Source: Diadema antillarum (taxonomy: Eukaryota). From it: a stretch of DNA of 64,000 bases. The translations under genes were made by a program, and so were the position numbers. Where the stretch lies: contig NW_027271554.1 of assembly GCF_040938485.1 (NCBI RefSeq), positions 1,612,001 to 1,676,000 on the forward strand. The letters are read 5' to 3'. The notes below the pieces were generated by a model. That model ran no database searches and had not been told where the DNA came from. It saw only the letters and a program-made list of their open reading frames with translations. Below are positions 26,301-37,900 of the stretch, one piece after another. How positions within the stretch are numbered: position 1 is the stretch's first letter; the number at the start of each line of letters is the position of its first letter.

Positions 26301-29300
26301 AACTTGATCTAGCTATAATGTTAGCAGGCCCTCTGATGCGTAGCCATATACCTCGTCTAGCAGGAAGACCATGGTGATACTATATTGATTAGAGGGATCA
26401 TGTAATCTCTCTTTGTTGACAATTAGTTTCCGGACATCTGTACCAATCGGCAAAGAAAGTACTCCAGCCTGAATTATTGATGAAAAAAAAAACAAACACC
26501 CACACAGGAAGGATTTAAGGCTATGACTTTTAAAACAGTTTGTTTTTATGCCTCCGCCAACGAAGTGGCCGGAGGCGGCATGTTTTCGGGTCGTCCGCCT
26601 GTCCGTCTGTACGTCCGTACGTCCGTCCTGTTTTGTTTTTGTCGATATCTCAAGAACCGTGTGGTGGTTTTGCATCAAACTTGGTATGAGGGTATATCCT
26701 GGGGGGATGATACTTTGCTTGGATTTTAGGGTCACGGGGTCAAAGGTCAAAGGTCACAGGTTATTTTGTGAAAAAAAGGTTGAAATTTCATGTTTTTCTC
26801 CATATCTCGCAAATGGTTCAAGGTATCTTCATGGAACTTAGTATATATGCATGTACTGATGGGCAGTGATTATCTAGGGAAGTTGGGGTCATGGGTCAAA
26901 GGTCAGGGGGTCAAAGGTCAAGGTCAACTCCTCAAAATATCACTACTTTCCTTATATTTATGCAATGCCTGAAGGATTTTTTTTAAAACTTGACTTATGC
27001 ATGTATAACCCAATATATATTCTGTGGGAAGTTTCTTGCCAAAAGATCAAAGGTCAAAAGGTCAAAGGTCAAGTGAAAGTGCTAAATTGCACTTCTTCCT
27101 CCATATCTCAAAAGTAACTCAAGGTATTATCATGAAACTTACATATTTATGCATGTTCTACCTAACAGTGATTCTCTTTGGAACTGTGAGGTCAAAGGTC
27201 AAAGGCCAGGTTTAGATAATACTATTTTACTATTTGATACTGAAATTATACTTTTTCTCAATACCTTGAAAATTACTCAATGCATAAACTTATAAAAGGG
27301 TCAAAAGTCAAGTAAAAATCATCAGTTCCCCCAAATACCTGCACTCTGACGTTTTAATCATTCATCCAATTGAATCTAGTTCTAGGAAAGTGAACATTCA
27401 GCACATTTGTGGCAAACCTGTCATTTTAATATTTTGCCAATTGTGTGAAACTGTCATCACACATTGTCAAGACGTTGTACTATAGACCTATTAGGAGAAC
27501 CATGCATTATGGCAGAGGCATACACCAGTCGCTGTAGCGACATTTCCAGTTTGTTTTTTAAAATCCATGCATGCAGTTAAAATGATGTGTGTGTGTGTTA
27601 ATTTGATTCAACAGAGAAATGGTTGTTGGACCACCTACCAACAATGATTCAAAGCTTGGCGCCCTCATCAGTCAGGAGCATCTCAACAAGGTCAGAGGTT
27701 ATGTAGCCCTTGCCAAGGAGGAAGGTGGCACAGTCCATTGCGGAGAAGGGGTGGACGACCTGACGCTTCCAGAAGGCTACGAAAATGTGAGCAAATGGCT
27801 GCTTTTTACTGACACAAATATGCAAGCAGACTGTTCCATTGTTAGCCGCATGTTTCCCCATCGAAGCCTTTCAATATCTGACTATATACTTTGTTTACTT
27901 GACAAACACATGCAAGAAACAGAAGAGGGCACTTACGCACACACTTAGCAAAATAAGATACTAAACACAATAACAACACTAAACACAATAACAACACTAT
28001 AAAAATTATTCAGAAAAGGTAAGAGGCCCTTTTCCTGGTGGTTCTTACCCCAGTGAGAGCTGTAGCAATCCAGAGACTCCAACTCTCCCGTTTTCGACAG
28101 GAGATCTCCCGTGGAAAACCCATTTTTGCAAAATCTCCTGTTCTCCGGCTTGAGATTTAATTTCTCACGCCCTGGCTCTTTGTCTCCCGTTGGAAAGGAT
28201 TTCTTACTTATTTCTATCGTATGTTGAAAAAATAAGCCTTAGATAGCACCAGAGAGTATCTAGAACCCTGGGAATTTTGCGCTTCGCACACATCAACTTG
28301 GAGTCTCCCGTTTGATAGGGGTTTCGGGCGGTAGAATCTCCAGATCAGAAGGTGCTTTGGGTTGGAGTCTCTGGCAGTCAGATGGACATCCTTTCCCCAC
28401 CCCCTCATGTGAAATTAATCATTGGCATTGATTCATAATTGTGTACTGCCATACATTTTGGAATCTCAAGTTAACTGAAAAAACAAGAGCTACAATGTCT
28501 TGATTCTGCAAGAGGCTCCTGAAACTTGAGGTATCTCTTTATATTTTGTCAAAAGTATGAGCCTCTCTGCTTTTAGACTTATTTTATTTCATTTTTTTTA
28601 AAATTCTATGCATATGTATAACAGGCAAGTATCCCCTCAAAAGCTAGAAACCTCCCTAATTTTTTTGTTGTTGGAATGGACGAATGTTTGCAGGTCTGGA
28701 AATGTTAAACTGGATGTGCATATATTGTCTTAAAGACGACATATATGATCTGTCATGAACTGTTCAGACGACACACAACCAAACACATAGTAAGCATTTC
28801 TGTGATTTTTATTTGAAAAATATATGTATATTTTTTTTATGGCAATAAACCTGATCGACTTCAATTTCAATTTCAATTTCAATTTCAATTTCAATTTTAA
28901 GGCCGCACTGAATGTGCATGAATATGTATCAATCATATAGGTAATCTAGTACTGTGCTTTCACATCACTGCCCTGTTACAAAGCTTGGACCATATTGCTT
29001 CCATCCTTTACAGGGTTACTACATGAGACCGACTGTCGTCACAGGGCTATCCCAGAATTCCCGGTGTGTCAAGGAGGAGATCTTTGGACCTGTCGTCTGC
29101 ATCCTGCCCTTTACAACAGAAGAGGAGGTGCGTAGACTAAAAATCACTAAGTCAACAGTCAAATTGGCAATGCAACTACAGCATGAACAAAAGAGATGCG
29201 AAGTAGATTTAGTGAGATTGCTCATTTTGATTTGTTGCCATATATAAGTTGGAGACCTTCCTTTGATTAAAAACAAATACACATGATAAAGTGGACAGCC

Positions 29301-32038
29301 GAATTGGCAACTTCCCCACAAAATGAAATAAAACAAACTGCATTCTATCACTTACGACATCAAATGTTGTCACAAAGAAAAGAAAAATAGTATTTTATGT
29401 ATAACGGAACTGCTTAAGGCAAGGATTTAAGATTTGTCACTGCAATAATACTAACCTTTAAAATGGCTTGGATCATGGCTTGTTCTATGATAGAGGAAAT
29501 CATTTTATAATGTAGTTTGATCTAGCTGCTCTTTAACCTGATATGACCTTTAAAGGACATTTAGGGCTTCGTTTATCTTGAGAAGTTTGCTTCTTGTTTG
29601 AAAAAGGTAAATGTATCTATATGTGAAATTGTAAAAGTATCATATTCAGTAATTATTCTGCATGAGAAAGAGAATTTTCTTCTCTTGCGTATATTTAAAC
29701 CCAACAATGCCATATACCTTGTACTCGTAGTAACTCATATGTTCTTCATATGTTCTTCTAATAAAGCAGCAACTTCTGAATGTAAACAATATTTCAAGAA
29801 TGATTTACATAGCAAAAACTACCTTGGAACAGGCAAAAATAGCAAATTTATGATCATTCCATTCACTCATACATAGTTTCAGCCAATTCACCCCTCCCCC
29901 CACCCCCCCACCAGAATCCTATCCCCATGTATTGATAATGGTGTTGTGTTTGATGATTTCCTCCTATGTCAGGCCATTGAGAAAGCCAACGATGTTAAGT
30001 ATGGGCTAGCAGCGTGTGTTTGGACCAAGGACGTGAGTCGCACACACCGTGTCTCACAGCAGCTCATGGTAAGATGAAGGAGGGTCGTACCACCAATAAG
30101 AAGAATGGCACATTTAAGACGTCTTCTTCTAGATCTTTCAAGTCTCCCACATCAGGTGTTACAGTCACACCTCATCCGTCTTTATCAAATCCATATATGC
30201 CCTACAACTTTTTCTCGTGCCTTAACAAGAAAACCCCCCAAACCAAACAATCTTTTTTGAAATTTGTCAGAATAAGCTTGAATAATATAGATAGTAGGCC
30301 TACATATCACCAGGTGGCATAATGTAAAGTTTAAAACCGACTGAAGGTCCTTCTGACTGTAGGGGGGACCACACCTTCCCCCCTACTCTGTTGATTTGCT
30401 CCCTTGGGTAGTATTGATGATTTATGCCACAAAATTTTCACTCCCAGCTGCTCTGCTGACCTACGCATCTCTGCTCTTGATATATGGCATAAAAGCTGCT
30501 TTCAAGGATTTGGTATCAGAAAGGCTGGTTGCAGATGAGGTATAGGGTAGGAAATGATGATGGCTAAGGTCAGAGATCAAAATTTGGTTTTCATGAAATT
30601 AATCTGAAGAGAATTACTGTGTAGAGACAACAACTCAAAAAATGATTTGTTTGTGGTTTTATGTAAAAAATGTTTGGTTTGGAAACTTTTGAACCACAGC
30701 AGTAATAGACTAGAATTTGTTTGATTTCTTGCTATGTAGATGTGTCATATTAGATTTTTGTCCCCGCCGAACGAGTTCGAGCAGGGGACTATGAAACGGG
30801 CTCCGTACGTGTGTGTGTCCGTCCGTGCGTCTGTGTGTCCGTCCGTGTGTGCGTCCGTGTGTGATCAAAATGTTCAAAATGCTACTCCTTCGCCATTTCT
30901 AACCCGATTTTGATTCTGTTTGCTTTATATGATAGCACTACATGAGAGCTTTGAAACTTCTATACAGAATTTCAATTGTGACCTTTGACCTTGACCTTTG
31001 ACCTATGTTGTACATTTTGCTTCAAAATGCTACTCCTTCGCCATTTCTAACCCGATTTTGATTCCGTTTGCTTTATATGATGGCACTAGGTGAGGGCTTC
31101 AAAACTTCTACACAGAATTTTGACCTTTGACTTCTTTGACCTTTGACCTTGATTTTTGACCTATATTGTACATTTTGCTACAAAATGCTACTCCTTTGCC
31201 ATTTGTAACCCGATTTCAATTCCGTTTGCTTTAAGTGATGGCACTAGGTGAGGGCTTCAAAACTTCTACACAGAATTTTGACCTTTGACTTCTTTGACCT
31301 TTGACCTTGATTTTTGACCTATATTGTACATTGCCTACAAAATGCTACTCCTTCGCCATTTCTAACCCGATTTTGATTCCGTTTGCTTTATGTGATGGCA
31401 CTAGGTGAGGGCTTCAAAACTTCTACACAGAATTTTGCCCTTTGACTTCTTTGACCTTTGACCTTGATTTTTGACCTATATTGTACATTTTGCTACAAAA
31501 TGCTACTCCTTTGCCATTTGTAACCCGATTTCAATTCCGTTTGCTTTAAGTGATGGCACTAGGTGAGGGCTTCAAAACTTCTACACAGAATTTTGACCTT
31601 TGACTTCTTTGACCTTTGACCTTGATTTTTTTACCTATATTGTACATTGGCTACAAAATGCTACTCCTTCGCCATTTCTAACCCGATTTCGATTCCGTTT
31701 GCTTTATGTGATGGCACTAGGTGAGGGCTTCAAAACTTCTACATAGAATTTTGACCTTTGACAACTTTGACCTTTGACCTTCATCTTTTTACCTATATTG
31801 TACATTTTGCTACTAAATGCTACTTCCGGCGGGGACATATATTACGCACCGCGTAATTTCTACTTTTCCTTGTTTCTGTTTGTTATCTCAGGCTGGTACT
31901 GTGTGGGCCAACTGCTGGCTAGTTCGTGACCTCAACATGCCCTTCGGAGGCATGAAGGCGTCTGGCATCGGTCGCGAGGGGGTCAACGAATCCATGGACT
32001 TCTACACAGAGGCCAAGTGCATCTGTATTAAGCATTAG
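17136..32038 (+). CDS. ALDH8A1: Aldehyde dehydrogenase family 8 member A1 (2-aminomuconic semialdehyde dehydrogenase), full spliced gene
   Basis: Nine GT-AG exons: 17136-17314, 18918-19118, 20500-20711, 23458-23624, 25572-25747, 27615-27786, 29014-29127, 29973-30068, 31892-32038. They total 1464 nt = 487 aa + stop with consistent phases. Motifs [12 protein letters not shown], SFTGG, catalytic SLELGGKN (Glu) and NQGEICLC (Cys), EEIFGPV, PFGGMKASGIGREG and C-terminal ...CIKH closely follow ALDH8A1. Confidence 0.95.
18035..18512 (-). mobile_element. Short HINE-type element (complete), with a related truncated + strand copy at ~17423-17650
   Basis: 5' CTCCGCCAAGAAAGGAGGTTATGTTTTC, GTTT microsatellite, 3' TTGGCGGAGG + hairpin GCACTCTCAGAGTGC (minus strand). 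Confidence 0.7.
18918..19118 (+). CDS. ALDH8A1: ALDH8A1 coding exon 2
   Basis: WSRTSPAERSKV...ESRDQGKP...DIPRAVHNFRFFA; CAG acceptor, GT donor, phases match neighbours. Confidence 0.95.
19233..19319. mobile_element. piggyBac-like mini-MITE (CCCATTGAGGA...); copies also at 50069-50152 and 53142-53226
   Basis: TTAA on both sides, CCC...GGG termini; three ~85-bp copies. Confidence 0.78.
19324..20083. mobile_element. piggyBac-like MITE with TIR CCCTAATCAGGCTG
   Basis: TTAA TSD (left one shared with the preceding MITE); poly-G/poly-C subterminal tracts; a related right end at 36221-36244. Confidence 0.8.
20500..20711 (+). CDS. ALDH8A1: ALDH8A1 coding exon 3
   Basis: [40 protein letters not shown]. 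Confidence 0.95.
21775..22026. repeat. Diverged ~126-bp tandem duplication in ALDH8A1 intron 3
   Basis: GAGTGTGGT.GCAACAAA...ATATCCAAGTCCC...TGTTGTGCACATTT occurs twice. Confidence 0.7.
22656..22790. mobile_element. Small palindromic MITE (Harbinger-like)
   Basis: GTTTTGTCAGATATTT / AAATATCTGACAAAAC inverted arms. Confidence 0.55.
23458..23624 (+). CDS. ALDH8A1: ALDH8A1 coding exon 4
   Basis: LPSGVVNMVYGYG...LISFTGGTATG...KKISLE. Confidence 0.95.
25572..25747 (+). CDS. ALDH8A1: ALDH8A1 coding exon 5
   Basis: LGGKNAALVFDDAD...NQGEICLCMSRIYVQ; donor GTGAGT. Confidence 0.95.
26543..27553 (+). mobile_element. Non-autonomous Helentron-type element (HINE/DINE-1/Tsp-like) in ALDH8A1 intron 5
   Basis: 5' subTIR GCCTCCGCCA with local IR; (CCGT)n-like microsatellite; internal AAGGTCAAAGGTCA repeats; 3' subTIR TGGCAGAGGC followed by hairpin GTCGCTGTAGCGAC; T-rich flanks. 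Confidence 0.8.
27615..27786 (+). CDS. ALDH8A1: ALDH8A1 coding exon 6
   Basis: GALISQEHLNKVRGYV...CGEGVDDLTLP; donor GTGAG. Confidence 0.93.
28071..28373. mobile_element. hAT-like MITE, TIR CAGAGACTCCAAC, 6-bp TSD
   Basis: 13-bp TIRs; flanks GCAATC/GCAGTC; inverted copy at 41584-41887. Confidence 0.8.
29014..29127 (+). CDS. ALDH8A1: ALDH8A1 coding exon 7
   Basis: GYYMRPTVVTG...EEIFGPVVCILPFTTEEE. Confidence 0.95.
29973..30068 (+). CDS. ALDH8A1: ALDH8A1 coding exon 8
   Basis: AIEKANDVKYGLAACVWTKDVSRTHRVSQQLM; donor GTAAGA. Not in the ORF track in this frame; read by hand. Confidence 0.93.
30755..31865 (+). mobile_element. HINE-type element carrying an internal ~158-bp satellite array (6 units) in ALDH8A1 intron 8
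   Basis: subTIRs TGTCCCCGCCG ... CGGCGGGGACA; 3' hairpin ATTACGCACCGCGTAAT; GT-rich microsatellite near the 5' end; units start near 30876, 31024, 31182, 31339, 31497, 31655. Confidence 0.8.
31892..32038 (+). CDS. ALDH8A1: ALDH8A1 terminal coding exon 9
   Basis: AGTVWANCWLVRDLNMPFGGMKASGIGREG...CIKH*. Confidence 0.95.
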   Translation, partial: AGTVWANCWLVRDLNMPFGGMKASGIGREGVNESMDFYTEAKCICIKH

Positions 32039-32653
32039 TCTTGTGAAGTATCCTGAAAACCAAGCAAAAATTGGGATGAAATGCAGCGAGGCTGAGTATC
32101 ACAAGTGTGGAGATCCTAGGTCTGTAGACTCTGTGCATATGTCACATATGAAAATTGTTGCTAGCAGTCTTTGATTAAGGCATCACAGTGCATGTGCACT
32201 AAAACACATGAATGGGACTAAGTGTGAATTGAAGATGGGATTTTCCTGCTCTTATGGATAAAAAAGAAATAGAGAGATGCTGATGAATTCATTTGTTATT
32301 TTTTTACAGATATATAAGGGAATGAATGAATTAGAATGTTATTTCATTGCTGAAAGGTTAACAGGGTGATATTTTTGTATTCCTTGAAATTACTTGTGTA
32401 CGTCTGTACTTTGGCATACGCACACTCAAGTATTTCAAATGTGAAAGCGCTTTCTGGTTTGTTTTACCAGTGGGAATGATGACTTATACTTTATTGAAGT
32501 GATGGAAATGTGTATATTCTGTAATCAGGCTTTTATACTTATACATTGCAGTGACAATAATGTAGTGAAAGCTGCTTTAAAGTGGTATCAGCTGAGGATA
32601 AGCAGAGATGTGTGCTTATTCTTGCGGTCGGCTACACGTCACTTCCGGTTGAC

Positions 32654-33232
32654 TGGAGTGAAAACAAACAGCTTGCAAGCGCTAAGCCTGCATAATGCGC
32701 ATACTGCATGCTGTGCATGTGCGACTCGTATAATTTATGTGCAACTCTACGCAGACATCATGGGGATCGATTATTCATTTTGTCATTTGTGCCATCATTC
32801 ATGAGATACATGCACCATGTCTTGCCAGCAATATTCTAATAATCTGGATCCTGTCGATCGATCGGTCTCGGTATTTTGCCAAGTTGAAGGCAGTCGGACT
32901 GGACCTGTGCCCGTATGAAATCGCGGCAGGACTCTGGATCAACGACCCGACAAAATGGCCAGATGTGCAGTAGAATCTCTTTGAGTAGGCCCTACCCCGA
33001 TATCTACGCTTACTTTACCTCATAGAAACTTCAGGTAGGGCTATAGGCCTAACGTTAGTACTGTAGTAGGCTTAGGGTAAGGCCTAATTCAGGGTAGGCC
33101 TAGGGCCTAATCCTGCCGCCCGCACAGCTACAGCAGTACAGCTTGCGCTAGCGCTATGCTCGCGGGGCGCCCCGGCAGAAAACACGTACAGCGTTCACTC
33201 CAGGCTCACGCGAGTGGTTTGTTTTCACTCCA
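32654..33232 (+). mobile_element. Internally deleted DNA transposon with remnant of an accessory ORF
   Basis: 16-bp IR TGGAGTGAAAACAAAC at both ends; decayed frame RYFAKLKAVGLDLCPY...WINDPTKWPDVQ*...YPDIYAY. Confidence 0.5.
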
Positions 33233-34567
33233 ACGCTATCCATGACCCCGTGACACGCAAAATACCCGGATGTCCGACCGTGAGAATTCCTGCAAGCCAT
33301 TAAAGTTAAAGCTTGGAAACTGGCACGTCAACAGAGTGACATACACAGATATCAATATGTGGGGCCTCCACTTTTGGCAACTGTGTACACTGGCACTGGT
33401 CTGACGGTCCAGGGCCAGTAAAAACTCAGTCGGACCAGTAACTTTTTCACTGGCCAGTAAAAAATAGAAAAACTGGGTACTGGTCCGACAGACAGGTCGG
33501 GCCAGTAGAAAAAATTGGTTAGTGTGCTGCCCTACTTTTGGTTTCACTGTTGAGGATATGGGATCTGGTATTAGAAACTGAGGACCAAGTCTTTTAATGC
33601 GTAAAGCATCTCGGATTTGTGCGCCCATACAACATCTGTTGAGATCTCGCAGTTTGGAAAGACTGAGGGCCATCAATTTCTTGTTATTGAACTTGACTGA
33701 TGGTTTTCCATTTTCGATAGACTTATGATGAAGAACGAATCATATTCTACTGAAGAATATTTGATGTAGCATCGTGGGATGAGTGTGGTGTGACGTCTGT
33801 TACTTGGGCTATCAGTGAAGCTAAATCTCTCTCCTGAAAACTTGCACATATTGCTTGGAGTGAGTGGCGACAGAGGCCTCAAAATTGTTTTCAGCAATTT
33901 GTGCTTTCCTATTTGTTATGTGTCAGCTGAAAAAAAAAGGATTTTTTTTTTCCATCCATATCTATATATACATTGTATGCTTATTGAAAAAATGATACAG
34001 TGTGCTTTAGTATCTTTGGCAGCTGCTAATAGCCTTTGTAAATATGGCACTTGAATTCATAATGGACATCTTGTCAATAGGCAGGTACATATATTGACTG
34101 TGTACATGTAGGTATGCCATATACTGCTCTTTCCCTTGTAAATATGACGCTTGAATTTATAACGCACAATCTTGATAATAAGCAGGTATGCCTGCTCTTT
34201 CCCTTGTAAATACAGGTGTATGATGTGAAAATTCATAATGCACAATCTTGACAATGAGCAGGTACATAGTGACTGTGTAGGTATGCCATGCCCCGGCCCA
34301 GCCAATTTTACATAGCTAACATGCGATCTCTGAATTACCGTGTACATATACTGTAGTGTGTCATGTCTACAGAGATGAGTACACAATTTAGGATGGAAAT
34401 GTTAGAAAGAGCCTGAAGAAATGGTACTGCACCCTTTCTAAATAACTTCTGGACTGAGTTCATCTGTGGTTCTGTATGTATTGGTATGTTCAGATATCCA
34501 GTACTGAACAAAACTCTTTTGCATATTAACATTTTTGTATGTGGTACTCTGATTCCTCCTCAGGTTG

Positions 34568-34584
<17 letters not shown>

Positions 34585-34598
<14 letters not shown>

Positions 34599-34606
34599 CA
34601 TGTGTG

Positions 34607-34649
<43 letters not shown>
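34585..34649. repeat. (TG)n microsatellite
   Basis: Direct inspection. Confidence 0.95.
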
Positions 34650-34653
<4 letters not shown>

Positions 34654-34761
34654 TCAGTTCCACTTTTATGGCTTGCTTATTCATGTTTCTTTGAGAATGA
34701 TTCTTTTAAATAACATCCCTCAGATTGTGAGTGAGGAAACAATTTTTTAATACAATTGCTG

Positions 34762-34974
34762 TACTGTAAAAGTGGATATTTTTGCGTGACTAATCTATCG
34801 CGCTCAGCTGGATAAGAAGAGTTTCGCGTGTTTTTAATTCCGCGGTATCAAGACATCAACTATAGGAACATATGGCAAGCAAAAATATTCGCGTGCTTTT
34901 ATTTTCGCGCTAGTTTCTGATTGCGCGAAATGCGCGAAAATTTCAACACGGCGAAAATTTCCACTTTTACAGTA
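34762..34974. mobile_element. Tc1/mariner(pogo)-like MITE; copy at 38414-38609, relative at 54034-54207
   Basis: TA-CTGTAAAAGTGGA...TCCACTTTTACAG-TA. Confidence 0.78.
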
Positions 34975-37900
34975 TGTGGTTGATCAAACAGGAAGTCATT
35001 ATATTCAGTGGGACAACTTAGGCAGTCCCAATCCTTTTCAAAAGTGTGACCGTAGTAGCGTTAGTTTCACACACTCTTTTTTTCGTTTGCCTCTTGCCAC
35101 ATGTAATGTATTTGCACCTAGCTAAATTCTTATTCCAAAAAACCCATAGATGCATTTACACTTCATGCCTAAACTTTTTTTTTCTCTCTCTCTCTCTTCT
35201 TAAAGGTGTGTATACGTGCCAATTCCTTGTACATACATTCTCCCTTTGATTCTTGAGCAGCTATTGTTACATCAGTGCCAACTTTCATTACATTAGCACC
35301 AACTTTCATTTAAGAGATGTGCTTTTTTTCAGATCACCTTTTAAAGAGCAAAATGGGCTCTTTAACCAATCCTTTCATAGATCCGAAAGAAACTCATAAT
35401 TTATTTTCGTTTGTTGAGAATTGTGTTGGCATCACTTCCACAAATGATGAGCTTAGCACTTTGGCCAGGAATTTTTTTGCAGTTTGGAGCTACGCATTTG
35501 ATGGGTGCTAACTGCTAAAAAAAAACAGTTTTGGCCCAAACCAGAACACAACTGTACAGGACGCAACTGAAAGACAACAACTTTTGAAGAAGTTATTTGG
35601 TAGACTTTCTAGGCATGAGCTTGCATGGTTCAACGATGTAGACTATAGGTTGTGCCAAGAGAGAATGCCACCCAGGTGCTTTTGAAGGTGGCCATTAACT
35701 TGCCCCAGTATAAACAGCAAGCAACCAGCATTTTAAAAACAACAACAAAAGTCTTGCCAACCCCCAATCACCTTATCATGTCCAACACTCACGCCAGGAG
35801 TGCTGTGCTGGACTGGTAATTTATCCCTGAATACAGGCACATTTTTTTTGTAAGTATTCTTTCTCATGTCCTTGGCAAATGTAAGTAAAAAAAGATTGTG
35901 CCATGAAAAAAAAAAAAGAAGTATTTTATTGTTTTTCAAAATTTGTTATATATTTCTTTGTTTTTCAACCTTTCGTTTTTCATTTCTTTTCAATTTGTTG
36001 CAAGCATGGAAATATGTTATTAATTGATTTTAAACCATAAAGCCCCAAAATAATTATGCTTATTTTGAAATTTGACTGTAAGCACTATTTGCATTGAAAT
36101 TGTACAAGAAATCATGTTTTTGAGCATTTTTCTTGTTTGACATGTACCTAGGGGTTGCAAGTTTGGTGTCAAAAGATGCAGGAGACCGGAAAAAAAAAAG
36201 CCCCCCCCCCCCCCCCCCCCCCAGCCCAGCCTAGTTAGGGTTAAGTGTCCAATGAGTCAATGTGAACAGAAATCGACATCACCAAAATTTGTCTGCCTCA
36301 AGCTGTCTGAATAGTGCGGTGCTCTTTTCATTAAAGAAACAAACTCAGCAATTGTATTGACCAGTTAGTGCTTTAGAAGGCTTTCCCATGTGTAAATTGT
36401 GTGTGAAAAACTTTAATGCTAAACTCACAATAATCCATTTCAAGGCCAAATGGATTTGTACAGATCTGACTGTGGTTCACAATCCTTAATGAGAATTTGA
36501 GAGCCCATCTTAGTTTCAAGTGATTTTAAATCATGTTTGACCTGTTACTGAATGAATTTAAATTTGATTTGGCTAGGCTTTTTTCCTAGATAAATTTGTT
36601 TTCCACTGGAAAGTTACAATCAATTAACACTTTCATACTTTTCTCATTTAAGCATGATACTATGATGCAAAACATACTTTCATAGATCTTACCTAGCAAG
36701 CTTTCTTTCCATGTATCTATTTTACACTCCAGGATAAAATGAAAGGCTTTTCTTAATTAATCTCATGATTTGTGTATTATTAGTACTTCAAGTCTATTAT
36801 TTAATTTGTTCATGTGCTATACTTTATAGTTACAATGATTTATAAACTGGAGAAGATTGTACAGTGTATCTATATTCATAGTATCGAAAAAATGAGATTG
36901 AAAGATTTTTTAAAATTTTAAAGTGCCTTTAATAAGCAGACAGCTTTCATATCAGTTACAAAAAACATTACTTTTCTCGCTCAAATTCTCCAAACAATCA
37001 GGGAAATAACAAGGAAATTAACAAGTTAGAATGATTAAAGATTTCTCTCCATACATGAACACTGTAGAGCACAATTTGATCAGACTGCAATACTGAGTAA
37101 GTCAAAGCCAGTTTTCTTATTTTGTATGTTCTGTGGTTCTTGTACATTATACTGCTTGCAGTGTTGCCTATAATGGTAAAACATCTGTTATTATTAGTTT
37201 TAGATAGAGTTTTGTGATTTTTCTAACATGATATGTTTATTGCAGATTGGTTTTTGTATTTTCACCTATCTTTTTTTTTGTACACCATTACCATACTAAA
37301 AAAGTTGTGCTCAGTGCTTTGTTATGTGCTCATGGTTTATGAAGCCATGATGTGTGAATTGTTGTAAAATACCCGTATTTTAGAGTAAAACTATGTGCTA
37401 CTATTCTGACAAGAGAAAGATTAAGAGAGAGAAAGAGACAGACAGACAGACAGACGGACAGACAGACGGACAGACAGACAGACCTTGAAGGAGAGGGAAA
37501 AATAGAAAAATAAGTTATTATGATCATGACTATGTTCTTTTGATGGAAATGAACAATGAGCAGATGCACTGCTTGTATGTATCTTTAAAATGTGGCTGTT
37601 TTTCTTAATTGTAAAATGGATGTTAGTATTTGTGTATGCCCTGCAGTCCAGCAAGATGTAGCCTTTGGTCAAGGCCCTCCTGCAGTACTGGGCTCTCTTC
37701 ACCATACAGCGAGAGGGCCTTGACAAAAGGCTAAGCAAGGTGTAACTGGCTATGGCACTTGATACCAGAGTGGTATGTCAGATTGGAAGTTTCCAACCAA
37801 TTAAAAAAAAAAAATGTGGAAAAAACGACCAAAGATAAACAGGGTGATAAAATCTTAATGGCAATAAAAGATATGATGTTGAAAGCTTTAAATTACATGT

